The notes under the pieces are model-generated. The model had not been told where the DNA came from. It was given only the letters and a program-made list of their open reading frames with translations, and ran no database searches. A DNA stretch of 64,000 bases, taken from NCBI GenBank assembly GCA_043228905.1, contig JBHGNT010000016.1:11594001-11658000 (forward strand), read 5' to 3'. A program made the translations under genes and the position numbers. Position 1 is the stretch's first letter. Each line of letters starts with the position of its first letter. This stretch comes from Azolla caroliniana. Lineage: Eukaryota; Plantae; Polypodiophyta. Below, one piece after another: positions 12,901 to 25,492 of the stretch.

Positions 12901-14986
12901 GTGAAGCATGATGTTCACGGATTCATGACACTCACAAAGCTTTATTCTTTCCAACAAGGTTCATGTCCAGCCTCGGTCTATGCCTTAGAGTTCCGTCAGA
13001 TTGTCAGCGATGTCAGTTGGGATGACCAAGCCCTATGCGACCATTTCCGTTGCAGTCTCCGAAACAATGTCAAGACTCTTCTCTTAAACTTCGTGGAGCC
13101 CACATTGTTGTCTCAAGTAATCTCCCAAGCTGTCCAGTGTGACAATTGTCTCTTCGAACTTCGTTAAGAAGAACGGGGGACTCACGGGTCTTAGGCTTCT
13201 TCCCGAAACGCATCAATCGTCAGGCCTTACTTGTCTCCCACGCCAACCTTACCATCACCCAATGGTACCGAACTATCCTGTTGGTACTTCAAGTCGGGAT
13301 GTTCAACATGGGAAAGCGGATGCTCCTTCTCGGCGACCCGACTTTGCACTATGCCTAGGTGACAACGCATATTCTTAGCAATCACATTGTGTATTGCGGC
13401 CCGATCAACACCACATGTTTGCAACCTATATGTTGCATGAATGATTCCCTGCTCAACGAGATCGCCCAAGCAACCACGTCAAACCCTTTTGCTACTGACA
13501 TCATGGCGCGCCTCAACAACCCATCCCAAGAAATGCAAAGCTCGGATCCCAGTCACATTACAACTCAGGATGGCCGGCACTATTGTAATCACCTCCTTTA
13601 CGTACCAATTGGCACATGTCACATCCGAGTACTAAAAACTTGCCACGATGATCCACTTGTCGGAGACTTTGGGGTTGCGAAAACGCTGGCGTTGCTATCT
13701 CGGGGGTTTTGGTGGCCCCAACATTGGAAATTGATCAAAGAATTTATCAAAACTTGTGACGTTGGTGCTCTCTCCAAAGCAGCTCACCATCGTCCATACG
13801 GCCTTTTACACCCACTTCCAATTCCCAATCGACCTTGGGCATCTCTCTCCATGGACTTTATCACGGACCTTCTTCGGGTCGGTGACCATGACACGGTGCT
13901 AGTAGTCGTCGATCGGTTTTTGAAGATGGCTCACTTTGTCCCATGTTCAAAAACCATTTCGGGGGAGGACATGGCTGACCTTTTTCTGAAAAATGTCGTC
14001 CGATTACACGGCTTCCTTGAGGATGTCACTTCTAATCGAGATCCTCAATTTATCTCCCATTTCTAGCGCCGACTTCTACAGATATTGTGAACTTGTCAAC
14101 CGCGCACCACCTTCAAATTGATGGCCAAACCAAAAGAGTCAACCAAATCCTCAAACAATACCTCCAATGTACAATTAGCTACCAACAAGACGATTGGGTG
14201 GACTTCCTTTCCATGGTGGAATTTGCCTACAACAATAGTATCCATGCCTCAACTAAGGTTTCCCCATTCTTTGCAAACTACGGTTTCCACCCTCGTATCA
14301 GAATTTCCATTCCAGACATTTCCGTGAATCTGTGGGCCGAGAGGCGTGTCCACACTTTACAAGATGTCCATCGTGACCTCTCCCTCTCCCTCGACAGGTG
14401 ACGTGTACAAGGTTGACATGATCCTCGACTCCCGCTTGCATCGACAAAGACTTCAATACTTGGTGTTATGGAAAGGTTACCCTCTTTCGGATGCCACATG
14501 GGAACCAATTACACATTTACAAAATGAGCCGGAGGCAATTCACGCTTTTCATCAATGATACCCTCATAAACCGGCCGCGGATGTTAGGAGGCGGCCTTAG
14601 AGGGAGGATAACGTCATAGACATATGCCATAGAGGAAGGTATGGATTGCACCCAAGACCTCATGGTCTCTATTGGGAAACCCTACTGTACCAAATCCAAC
14701 TTTATGTAGTGTAGATTAAACATTGGAAGTTCCTAGCTTGCATGCATCCTCATTTCTAGCTTGCTCGCATTCTCATGCATTCTCTGTTGCATGCATCCTC
14801 ATGCATACTCTATTTCTAGCTGGCTTACATAGCCCTACCTTCTTGTATAAATACTCAGGTGAACCTTGATTCTAATCAAGGTGAACAACACTAGTTACGG
14901 ATTCTATAAGTTGAGTTCTTGTTCTTTTCCTCTCTCTTGTTTTCTAGTCTTGTCTTCGCTTTGCTCTATAATACTTGTCCATGACA
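12901..14986 (+). mobile_element. Internally deleted chromovirus (Ty3/gypsy): gag fragment, integrase, chromodomain, PPT, 3' LTR 14612-14986
   Basis: RPWASLSMDFIT integrase and chromodomain YLVLWKGYPLSDATWEP (14346-14558). PPT AGAGGGAGGATA is followed by (C)GTCAT...ATGACA. Confidence 0.88.
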
Positions 14987-17531
14987 CCATGTGGCTTGTT
15001 TTACTGGCCTAATGAACTTGATTTTGAGGAGTTATCGATTTCCTCTTTCACGCGTGCCGCGTAGTTCGGGTTTATGCAGTAACGCCTTTGCTGGATCGGC
15101 TTGGCGTCTGTCGCCAAATTAATCTAATGTTGATAAAATTTGGGGTCCACCCCCTTCATGTCCTCGTGTGACCATACAAACACGTCTTTATATTCCTGCA
15201 ATAGGTCAATCATAGTTTCTTTTTTGGGAGGTGGCAAATCATTTGCTATAGACAATGGTTGTGCTGCCTTAGTCATCCCCACATTAATTTCTTCCAGAGA
15301 CGACGTTGTGACGCGTCGAGAGATTTCAATTTCTCGATCAAACGTGTGTCGCGCCCTGAGAAGTTCCAGTAGCGCTTATGTGTCCGGTTCGCACTCTTCA
15401 ACATCTGGAGTGGGTGTCAAGACGTACTCGTTGGCTATTTCGATGACATCTATTTCGAACAATGGTATTATTTGCAGATTCTCCTCTAGATATGCGTCAA
15501 GTTCCTCATTGTCTAGTCCTTCTAGCATGTCGACGTCTTCCGCATATAGCGGCGTTATAGCTTTTGTGGGTGGTGTGATTTCTTGTGTCAGAACCCGAAT
15601 TTTGGCTCTGCCCCGTCAGAAACTAATGTTGTTGTGCTACCAATTCTGCTTGATATTAGTGTAATGTAGCCATGGGCGGCCTAACAGGATGGGGTACGCA
15701 CCAGGGGCATCAAGTGCACATACAACGGCCGCTATTTCAAATGCATGACCGCCTATTACGGTTTTTAGCTTCCAGACTAATCCCAATGGAAGGACGAACT
15801 GTGTATCCGCCATACGAACCCAAAATGGGGACATTTACCACTCCATAATGCCTAGGCGGTTACAAGTAGCCTTACTAATGACATTAACGCCGAAACCACC
15901 ATCGACTATACAACAAAAAATTTCTTCTCCTTGCAAGACCACCTTAATAGCCAGATTATGATGGTCTACCACCATTGGTCCCGCACTAGATTCCGCAAAA
16001 TTCGTCGGAATCTCGACTTTATCTACGCTCCGCATTCGTGTTTCCATAGCCTGCCGGAATCGAGGGACCAAATTTAATAACTTCTCCATTGTCAGCATGA
16101 TTTGACAATCCGCCAGTGCATGCCATAGTGGATCCCCTCCTGGTGTCGTATGCTTCATGTGGGGGGATGATGTTGTGTTCGCCGTCTCTTGGCACATGCA
16201 GTTGACGTTGGCCTCATTCGTTTTCTCTACCCAAGCTTTGGCAGCTTTGTGAAAATCATCTTGTTCCTCCCACTCCGTTGTCTTGGCTTTACTAAGGGTC
16301 GTTACCTGCCACACTTCGGCCGTGATAGTGTTTATGGAGGGCCCTTTTCCCTTATCGCGTCGTGGGCATTGGGTCGCATAATGTCCTGGCTGTTGACAGA
16401 TGAAATAATGGATGCTAGATTCACCCTTTTCGATGACTGGGGAAGCCACAGGCTCGGTTGGTGGCTTGCTCCTCCCGGGATCGCTACTATGGCCTGGTAT
16501 TACGAGGCTGGAGGTAATCGCGACGATTATCTTGGCTTCGCTCGTCCTCCGAACTATCATCGTGGACCGTGACTCGGCTTGCCCATTGCGATTGTTAGTG
16601 GGGCGACGGTTGTCGTAACGCCGTCCACCACGGGGATTATAGCGATCATTTCTTAGGTACTCGTCTTCCTCTTGATCCTCGTCCTCCGAATATTGATAAT
16701 TCTCTCGGTTATGACGATTGGATCGACCCTAATGACGATAGCGCTCCTCTTGACGACCATGGTCAATTTGTCAATTATTACACTGGGGCTCGATATGTCG
16801 TACCAGTGCCATGTAGCGATTTAGCATATTATATTCGCATTGGTTCACCGTATGCGCCCACGAGTGACAAATAGGGTAACGGACCCGCATGAAGCAATCA
16901 ACCGTTGAGTGCCTAGGGTTCAGACAGATCGTGCACTGGATGGCCTGGCGGAAACGATACTCCTCGTCTCTTGGTAACGCTTGTCCTCAAGATGCCATGG
17001 AATACTTTCACCCTCGTCTTTTAGCCCCTTCAATGATAGTGTCCGTCATCTGACCCATAAAGTTTTGCATCCCCAACGTCGTCCTCAAGGGTCAGGAGGC
17101 GGCCAGAAAAGTTTCTTTAGCCTCGTCTTCACAAATCACAGATCACGAGGCGTGCCAAAAGTGTTACTGGCTAGGGTAAACACGGTCTACCCTCAGTCGT
17201 TCCGGGTATTGGCTCAAGAAAACTGTGGTGCAGGGAATGGAGAGTGTGTCACGGCCGTTTACAGATAGCCATATACGTAATGCATAACGTGGAGGTGGAG
17301 AGAGTTTAGGAAGACTGCTACAATTGGCTTTGTACACAGTTCCCTACCATCCCAAAAACTCAACACGGAACTATTCACACAGATAATCACGCACAAAGCA
17401 TACACAGAGGAACACAGCTATTCGGAGCAAACGAAACTATATTCAGAGCAGTACAAAATTCTACGCCAACCCTTTACATGTTTTCCATGCCCACCTCATT
17501 AAAATCGAGCATAAACGTGACGTGTGTTACA
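14987..17531 (-). mobile_element. 5' part of a Ty3/gypsy element: 5' LTR 17162-17531, PBS, gag zinc knuckle, protease, RT start
   Basis: LTR TGTAAC...GTAACA on the minus strand and PBS TGGCACGCC at 17149-17157. CQQPGHYATQC knuckle, VDGGFGVNVIS/ILLGRPWL protease and NPNYAARVKEEID RT start near 15050. Confidence 0.82.
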
Positions 17532-17749
17532 CTCTTACGTGTTGGTACCTCGACAGTTTACTCGATCGTGATTAATCAGCATATCATTATTTGGACTCAC
17601 ATGGATAGAGATTGATGCGCTTGTGATCATCATCATCATCATCACTGGCATGATGAGTATGATTATATGTGGGCTTATCATGATGAGGATCATGGCGATG
17701 ACCAAATCAGGGTTTGGAGGGAACATATGTCGCCAGCTGCCCTAAGTAA

Positions 17750-18574
17750 TGAAAGAGTTTCACTCCGATTCGAAATCAGAGATTGAACTTAGACGCAAAC
17801 AGAAATAAGAAAGAACACACAATTTACGTGGAAAACCCTGATTTAGGGAAAAACCACGGAACAGAGATTTCACTATGAGAAATGACAGAATACAATCACA
17901 GAACAATGAAACCTGATTTGGTATGAGCATATACTGAAACCACGATTTCAGTCAAGCTCTTCAAACTCTAGCACGCATGTGACTATTCCTTTCGAAGCTT
18001 CTGAAGCTTCTTTGTCTTTTTCTCTTTTGCTTCACACTTCTTTTCTTCTTACTTAGCTTCTGAGTACGTATACTCTTGCACAGCCACTACTGTGCAGAAA
18101 ACCAGTCGTTCTCAGATTCACCACACTCACACACCACGCGTATTTCTCTCAGATATATATATATATATATCTCTCACACCCTCACATACGTTATGTAGGT
18201 TTTCCCCCTTTTCTCACTATTTCACTCTTAGTGAGTTATCCCACATACAGGCGCACTACCAGGCCTATCAGCATATATATACTAGGTCATTTTCTTCTTT
18301 GTATGTAGAAGACATATGTATATGTATATGTGTGTCAATTCGATTGAGTACGAATTTGACTCTCTCACCGAATTCGATCAGCTAACCCCCGATTCGGTTC
18401 TTCGCAACTGACTATTCTTTTGCTTTCCGAATTTCGACCAAATTCGGTAAATCGGTTTTTCGGCCGATTTCAATAATTCGACTCTTTTCGGCTTTTCGGC
18501 CGATTTCGACCAGTCGACACTCAAGTCGACTTTTCGGCCGACTCCCCCGCAAGGAGGGACGCCTTTACACAACA
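17750..18574 (-). repeat. 3' LTR of the intact copia
   Basis: Direct repeat of 22628-23452 with only a handful of differences; TG...CA ends. Confidence 0.97.
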
Positions 18575-21500
18575 AACTCCCCCTTCACTCCTGTAGGGGG
18601 AGAACCAATCAAGCCAATCTTATTCCTGCATGCAACAAGTTTTTCCATAGGCAAAACTTTTGTGAGCATGTCTGAGCCATTTTCTTCAGTGGGGATCTTA
18701 GATAGAACAAACTCATTTTCTTCCACTCTTTCTCTTAACCAATGGTACCTTCTTTGAATGTGCTTTGTACGAGAGTGGTAGGTAGCATTTTTAGCCAGAT
18801 GGATGGCACTTTGATTGTCACAATGAAGTAAGTACTTGTCTTGCTTCAATCCTAGTTCATTCAAGAACTCTCTCATCCAAATCAGTTCTTTTCCGGCTTC
18901 CACTGCAGCCATATACTCAGCCTCGGTGGTAGACAAAGCCACAACCTTTTGCAATCTTGATTGCCATGACACAGCTCCCCCTGAATACATCATCACATAC
19001 CCTGATGTGGATCGGCTAGAATCTACATCACCCGACATGTCAGAATCTGTAAAACCTTCTAGTACAGGTTTCCCGGAGCCATATCTAAGACATACATTCG
19101 AAGTTCCCTTGAGGTATCTAAGAATCCATTTCACAGCTTCCCAATGCTCCCTTCCAGGATTTCCCATGTATCTACTAACTGTCCCGACAGCGAATGCAAT
19201 GTCCGGCCTTGTGCAAACCATAGCATACATAAGGCTACCAACCGCAGAGGCATACGGCACTCTTCTCATCTCTGCCTTCTCTTTCTCAGATTTCGGACAT
19301 TGTCCTGAATTTAACTTACAGTCCATTGGCAATGGAGATCCGACTGATTTTGCATCGCACATATTAAACCTTTGCAAAACTTTTGTCACGTATTTCTCTT
19401 GTGACAGCCATAGCAAGTTTTCAGTCCTGTCCCGGACTATATGCATTCCCAAAATCTGTTTTGCCGGTCCTAAGTCTTTCATGGCAAATGATTTGCTCAA
19501 TGATTTCTTCAAGCTTGCAATCTTTTTGACATCCTGTCCAACAACCAACATATCATCCACATACAACAACAGAATAAGAAAGTCACCCTCATTATACCTT
19601 TTCACAAATACACAATGATCGGCTTGTGTTTTGTGGAATCCATGTTCCAACATGAAGGACTCAAATTTCTTATACCATTGTCGTGGAGCTTGCTTTAAAC
19701 CATACAAGCTTTTCTTCAACCTACACACGAGATTTTCTTTTCCTTTTACCTCAAAGCCCTCCGGTTGTTGCATATAGATTTCCTCTTCTAGCTCACCATG
19801 CAAGAAGGCTGTTTTAACATCTAGTTGTTCGATTTCAAGATTCATACTAGCTGCCATACTCAAGACAGTCCGAATAGAGGTCATTTTTACAACTGGGGCA
19901 AAAATCTCATCGAAGTCAACACCCTTTTTCTGTTGGAAACCCTTTACGACGATACGGGCCTTATACCTGGGTGTACTACCATCTTCACCAGTCTTTAATT
20001 TGTAGACCCATTTGTTTCTAAGTGCCTTCTTACCATCAGGCAACTCCATCAACTCATAAGTTAGGTTCTCATGCAAGGAATCCATTTCTTCTTGCATGGC
20101 ATTATACCATTTCTCCTTGTGTGCATCAGTCATGGCCTCTTCATAGCATTCTGGTTCCCCTTCATCAGTCAAGAGAACATATTGACTGGCTGGATATCTA
20201 GAAGAGACCTTCCTTTGTCTTCGTGGATATCTTCTCCCTTCAATAATTGGCTGATGGCCGTTTTCTTCCAGCAACTCATCTTCCGACTCAGACTCGTGTG
20301 TATCAGTCAGATGTTGGGTGTCGACCGACTCAGATTGTTGTTGGGTATCGACCGACTCAAATTCAATTTCATTAGCCGATTGTTGTGTGTGAGTCGGATC
20401 GACTAGTATTGACTCCATAGCAGTGATCGATTTCGGAGACGACTCTGGTCTTTGTTGCTCCCAGTCCTCGATTGTCTTGTCTTCCATGAATATGACATCT
20501 CGACTTCTTATCACTTTCTTGTCAAGGAGATCCCACATTCTGTACCCGAACTCGTCTTCCGAGTACCCCAAGAATATACAAGGTTTGGACTTGCTGTCCA
20601 GTTTTGACCTCTGATCTTTAGCAACATGTACATAGGCCAAACATCCAAACACCTTTAAGTGCTGATAAGACACATTTCTCCTTGTCCACACTCTTTGTGG
20701 TACATCCCCTTTCAAAGGCACTGATGGAGACCTGTTTATGAGATAAACAGCAGTCAACATTGCTTCAGCCCAATATGATTTTGGCAATTTTGCATGTGCC
20801 AACATGCTTCTTACCCTTTCCATTATGGTCCGATTCATTCTTTCTGCTAGACCATTTAGCTCAGGTGTCTTCGGCACCGTATACTCAAGTTTGATGCCTT
20901 GAGTCTTGCAATACATTTCAAATTGGCCTCTATATTCGCCACCGTTATCTGTCCGGACAGCCTTCAGCTTTTGTCCGGATTCTCTTTCTGCCCTGGCATG
21001 AAACTCTTTAAAGACCGACAACACTTGGTCTTTAGACACCAGCACATAAGCCCACACTTTCCTACTGAAGTCATCAATAAATGTGACAAAGTATTGTCCT
21101 CCACGATGAGATGGGGCATCAACATAACATACATCGGTGTGCACCAACTCTAAGGCATGCTCTCTCCTCATTGGAGGCCTAGAGTGAAACGCTGTTCTAT
21201 TTTGCTTTCCAGCGAGGCAATCCACACACCTTTCCAAATGCACTCCTTTCACCTCTGGTAGGAAATCCTTTTCCGCAAGGATATGCATTCCCCTTTCACT
21301 CATATGTCCGAGCCTTTTATGCCACAACTCACCATCTGAGCCAGCCACTACATTTGCTTCCTCTCGACACAACTTCCCATGCATTACATACAGTGTGTTC
21401 TGTTTTTGGGCTCGAGCCACGATCAGGCTCCCTTTACAGAACTTCCATGAACCATTTTGGAAGCCACCGCTGTACCCTTCATCGTCTAGCCGTCCAGCCG

Positions 21501-22602
21501 ATATCAAGTTCAACCTGACATCCGGAACATGGCGTACATCCTTCAACATTAACCTGCAGCCTGTAGATGTTAGCAAGCACACAGTTCCTATGCCCACAAT
21601 CTTGCATTCCCCGTCATTTCCCATCTTTACATGACCATAGTCACCCGCTGTGTAGGATGAGAAACATTCTCTTTTGGGAGTTAGGTGAAATGATGCACCG
21701 GAATCCACTACCCATGAGCTCTCAGCACTTGCAAGATTCACACTAGCTTGTTCACATATGAACAACATCTCTTCCTCACTAGTTGCGATGGCTGAGGTAT
21801 TTTTATCATCGGAGATTTTTCTAGGTTCGGTCTCATCAGCCATGCCTTTGTCCTTCCTAAGATGTCGACAATTCTTTTGGAAGTGACCAGGCTTCCCACA
21901 ATAAAAACATGTAGGTCTTCCTCTAGATTTCGACCTAAACCTATCCCCATTTTCTAGACTTCTATGTTCTCTTCTACCTCTACTAAATTCTTGGGTCACA
22001 TTAGCCTCCGATTGAGATAAAGTACTTTTATCCTTTCTTCTTGTCTCTTCATTTAGAATACTCGTTTTTACTACTTGTAAGGATAAGTTGTCTTCTTTAC
22101 ATGAAGTGCTGAGTGTTACTATTAGGTTTTCCCAACTATCGGGTAGAGTACATAATAATAGTGTGGCCTGCATACAATCATCTAGTGGGAACTTTGATGA
22201 TGCTAACTGATTCACTAGTCCCATAAACACACTAATGTGCTCTACTATACTCTCCCCATCTACATACTTCAGTCTCACTATCTTCCTCATCAAGAAGGTC
22301 TTATTTAAGGCATTTTTCCTTTCATAGAGGGCGGAAAGCTTATGCCATAGCTCGAAGGCATTTGTGTCACTCGCTACATGTTGTAGGACACTAATGTCTA
22401 CACATTGTCTTATGGTCGCCACTGCCTTCCTATTTAGGATTCTCCACTCCGAATCTATTACCCCCTTTGGTATATCCTTGTTTTCTATGGGCTCATACAA
22501 GTCTTTTACTATTAGGAGATCTTCCATTTTGATCTTCCAATCTGAATAGTTCTGTGAGTTCAAGACAATCATCCCAGGAAAACCACTCACGCTCCCTTCC
22601 AT
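18565..22602 (-). CDS. Copia Gag-Pol polyprotein, 1345 aa (gag, CCHC, PR, INT, RT, RH)
   Basis: CFYCGKPGHFQKNC, WVVDSGAS, WHKRLGH...CVDC, RTDNGGEY, YVDDML and CDNQSAI in copia order. Confidence 0.98.
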   Translation of the reverse strand: MEGSVSGFPGMIVLNSQNYSDWKIKMEDLLIVKDLYEPIENKDIPKGVIDSEWRILNRKAVATIRQCVDISVLQHVASDTNAFELWHKLSALYERKNALNKTFLMRKIVRLKYVDGESIVEHISVFMGLVNQLASSKFPLDDCMQATLLLCTLPDSWENLIVTLSTSCKEDNLSLQVVKTSILNEETRRKDKSTLSQSEANVTQEFSRGRREHRSLENGDRFRSKSRGRPTCFYCGKPGHFQKNCRHLRKDKGMADETEPRKISDDKNTSAIATSEEEMLFICEQASVNLASAESSWVVDSGASFHLTPKRECFSSYTAGDYGHVKMGNDGECKIVGIGTVCLLTSTGCRLMLKDVRHVPDVRLNLISAGRLDDEGYSGGFQNGSWKFCKGSLIVARAQKQNTLYVMHGKLCREEANVVAGSDGELWHKRLGHMSERGMHILAEKDFLPEVKGVHLERCVDCLAGKQNRTAFHSRPPMRREHALELVHTDVCYVDAPSHRGGQYFVTFIDDFSRKVWAYVLVSKDQVLSVFKEFHARAERESGQKLKAVRTDNGGEYRGQFEMYCKTQGIKLEYTVPKTPELNGLAERMNRTIMERVRSMLAHAKLPKSYWAEAMLTAVYLINRSPSVPLKGDVPQRVWTRRNVSYQHLKVFGCLAYVHVAKDQRSKLDSKSKPCIFLGYSEDEFGYRMWDLLDKKVIRSRDVIFMEDKTIEDWEQQRPESSPKSITAMESILVDPTHTQQSANEIEFESVDTQQQSESVDTQHLTDTHESESEDELLEENGHQPIIEGRRYPRRQRKVSSRYPASQYVLLTDEGEPECYEEAMTDAHKEKWYNAMQEEMDSLHENLTYELMELPDGKKALRNKWVYKLKTGEDGSTPRYKARIVVKGFQQKKGVDFDEIFAPVVKMTSIRTVLSMAASMNLEIEQLDVKTAFLHGELEEEIYMQQPEGFEVKGKENLVCRLKKSLYGLKQAPRQWYKKFESFMLEHGFHKTQADHCVFVKRYNEGDFLILLLYVDDMLVVGQDVKKIASLKKSLSKSFAMKDLGPAKQILGMHIVRDRTENLLWLSQEKYVTKVLQRFNMCDAKSVGSPLPMDCKLNSGQCPKSEKEKAEMRRVPYASAVGSLMYAMVCTRPDIAFAVGTVSRYMGNPGREHWEAVKWILRYLKGTSNVCLRYGSGKPVLEGFTDSDMSGDVDSSRSTSGYVMMYSGGAVSWQSRLQKVVALSTTEAEYMAAVEAGKELIWMREFLNELGLKQDKYLLHCDNQSAIHLAKNATYHSRTKHIQRRYHWLRERVEENEFVLSKIPTEENGSDMLTKVLPMEKLVACRNKIGLIGSPPTGVKGEFVV

Positions 22603-22627
22603 CTAGAACCTCGCTCTGATACCAGTT

Positions 22628-23452
22628 TGAAAGAGTTTCACTCCGATTCGAAATCAGAGATTGAACTTAGACGCAAACAGAAATAAGAAAGAACACACAA
22701 TTTACGTGGAAAACCCTGATTTAGGGAAAAACCACGGAACAGAGATTTCACTATGAGAAATGACAGAATACAATCATAGAACAATGAAACCTGATTTGGT
22801 ATGAGCATATACTGAAACCACGATTTCAGTCAAGCTCTTCAAACTCTAGCACGCATGTGACTATTCCTTTCGAAGCTTTCGAAGCTTCTTTGTCTTTTTC
22901 TCTTTTGCTTCACACTTCTTTTCTTCTTACTTAGCTTCTGAGTACGTATACTCTTGCACAGCCACTACTGTGCAGAAAACCAGTCGTTCTCAGATTCACC
23001 ACACTCACACACCACGCGTATTTCTCTCAGATATATATATATATATATATCTCACACGCTCACATACGTTATGTAGGTTTTCCCCCTTTTCTCACTATTT
23101 CACTCTTAGTGAGTTATCCCACATACAGGCGCACTACCAGGCCTGTCAGCATATATATACTAGGTCATTTTCTTCTTTGTATGTAGAAGACATATGTATA
23201 TGTATATGTGTGTCAATTCGATTGAGTACGAATTTGACTCTCTCACCGAATTCGATCAGTTAACCCCCGATTCGGTTCTTCGCAACTGACTATTCTTTTG
23301 CTTTCCGAATTTCGACCAAATTCGGTAAATCGGTTTTTCGGCCGATTTCAATAATTCGACTCTTTTCGGCTTTTCGGCCGATTTCGACCAGTCGACACTC
23401 AAGTCGACTTTTCGGCCGACTCCCCCGCAAGGAGGGACGCCTTTACACAACA
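22628..23452 (-). repeat. 5' LTR of the intact copia
   Basis: Direct repeat of 17750-18574, adjacent to the PBS. Confidence 0.97.
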
Positions 23453-24341
23453 AAGTAATGCTAGCTCTTTTTCATCTATTTTCATCGTCCTCAGGATTCT
23501 CGCCTTCATCATATCTCCAAATCAAAGAAAACTAGAGATAAGAAACTACTACTTTCAGTTGTGGCTGTGGCTTGATTGGATTGTTAATTTGTTTGTTGGT
23601 GAATCAAAAGAATGAAACGAATGAGGCAATCAAGCTTTCGTCATGCATCTACGTCGCTGATATACGGTCGCGAGAAACGCAAAGCGTGAATGGTAGGCAA
23701 CAAAAAGGGCTTTTTGTCTCTCGAAACGTAGTGGAGCTGCATTTTCATTTTGCTTGCCTTTTGTGTTTCGCCAGCCATTTGGAGATCATAATCAGAAAGT
23801 GTGAAATGGGAGAGCCACGTTGGTTGCCTTCATGACCATTCATTGCTTGACACGTGATTAACAGTTTGAAATTACGAGCTTGAAAATTTACACTTAAACA
23901 AATGTGACGTTGCAACGCAATGACAAATGGGTATTGTGATGATACATGCCCATGTTCTCCTTTAGTAAATCTTAACTCGCATGGCTTAAAACGTTCCACT
24001 TAACTATATGGCTATGCCACATTATATGATTGGATGAGGGAGAGACCTAGAGAAAGATAGAGACTTAGAGAGACAAAGAGAGAGAGGTTACATATAAAGA
24101 GCAATTTATTGTTAGTTGGAGAACCACCATTAAAGCTTAGGACACGGATGAGAAAAGGTTTTGACAGTAGCGTTTGAGTTGCACACCACCACCCCAGGAC
24201 AAGAGGGCTAGCTAGCTATTACACAGAACTTGTGTGATTCGAATAAGTAGCATGTGTCTCTAATTACAATACAAGGGTTTGTGGGGGGAGGGGGTATATA
24301 TATATATATATATAGTCTCTAGTATCTACCCACCACCCGAC

Positions 24342-24656
24342 CTAGGCATATGCATCGAATGCCCAGGAGTAGATGACCGCACCTTCCACAAGGGCCCCAG
24401 TGGAGGCGGAGATGCCCACGTAAATGGACTCGCCGCCACTGAATATGGCGGAAAGATCATAGTTGGAGAACAGGAGGGGTGGGCGAGAAGTGGGGACCTT
24501 GGAGCACGCTCGTTTACTCTGGCTACAGTTGTCCAGCCACACGCTGATCTGGTGACCATTCGACGCGTCATACTCGATCCATGCCCGGAATACATAATCA
24601 CCATACAAGTAGTAGGGCGATTGCGAGTCAGATGTATCCACCGTAGCGATTGATTC
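24342..24656 (-). CDS. Legume (L-type) lectin, exon 2; spliced product ~291 aa with no TM or kinase domain
   Basis: TGCAG acceptor ending at 24657 gives a phase-0 join into ESIAT...AWIEYD...YVGISASTG...IYSWAF and a stop at 24342-24344. Confidence 0.9.
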   Translation of the reverse strand, partial: ESIATVDTSDSQSPYYLYGDYVFRAWIEYDASNGHQISVWLDNCSQSKRACSKVPTSRPPLLFSNYDLSAIFSGGESIYVGISASTGALVEGAVIYSWAFDAYA

Positions 24657-24772
24657 CTGCACACACACACACACAAATGCACAAACCAACATGTTAAGAA
24701 GATTAAACTTACCCTTCACGCATGCACAAACAAACCATTACATTAAGATTAAACTTATCGGAAAAATATAGG

Positions 24773-24805
<33 letters not shown>

Positions 24806-24807
24806 AC

Positions 24808-25368
24808 TACACTGTTGATGTCGATGCCCACATGGGATGCGCTGGGATCGTAGCTGTTCTGGTATGTGTCGAACTCGACAGCGAAGAACCGTTCGTTCGA
24901 AGAAGAAGATGATGAAGGATCGTCTACGCCTAGGTACTCACCCTGGCTGCCCGCTGGTACCGCTGCAGTTGGTGCCAAGAAGAAAGCCAATCCGTCAGCG
25001 GCACCACCATAGGAAGTGTGACTTGTTACCAACTGAAACGTAAACTGCGTCCGGAATCGAGCGCCAGAGGCCGACCATCCAAGCGCGCCCAATTTCAAGG
25101 GTTTCTTATACACAACCCGACCGAAGAGAAAGGCGAGGGGGGAGTAGTCGGAAGTAATACGTGTGTCAGGTGTGAGCCAGATGGAGGAGCCGCCCGCGGA
25201 GCGTGTGGCATTCTGCTGGAGGAGGAAACCATGGGTTTTGGCAAGAGAGCGGTATTTGAAGCGAAGGCCAGGAGCTGCGTGAATGCTAGTGCCGATGAGG
25301 GTGGAGGGGAGGAGAAGCAAAGCGAAGATGGAAAGAAGACGGTGGTTCAGGGAGATCATCATCGCCAT
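24808..25368 (-). CDS. Legume (L-type) lectin, exon 1 (signal peptide and N-terminal lectin domain)
   Basis: Hydrophobic N-terminus, GRVVY, FRTQFTF, ADGLAFFLAP, EYLG, AVEFDTYQN and HVGIDINSV motifs. GTAAGT donor starts at 24807. Confidence 0.92.
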
Positions 25369-25485
25369 TGAACAACAAACAGCAGGCAATAGGCAATGGA
25401 GTGTAGTAGAGTTATGGAAGGAAGAGTAGTAGTAGTTACTAGTAGTAGTGGTACTTTATCTTCTTCTTCTTCTTCATACGCTTCT

Positions 25486-25492
25486 TTTTATA
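25486..25492 (-). promoter_or_regulatory. Putative TATA box of the lectin gene
   Basis: TATAAAA on the minus strand about 120 bp upstream of the ATG. Confidence 0.5.

Larger units (their letters stand above)
17750..23452 (-). mobile_element. Intact full-length Ty1/copia retrotransposon (Tnt1-like)
   Basis: Two 825-bp near-identical LTRs, Met-i PBS at 22613-22624, PPT from 18575, AAGTAA duplicated on both flanks, and an uninterrupted ORF. Confidence 0.98.

Noticed and set aside
18836-19618. Long antisense ORFs over copia RT/RH (also 51530-52042 and 61423-61935)
   Set aside because: Shadow frames of conserved pol codons with no independent motifs.
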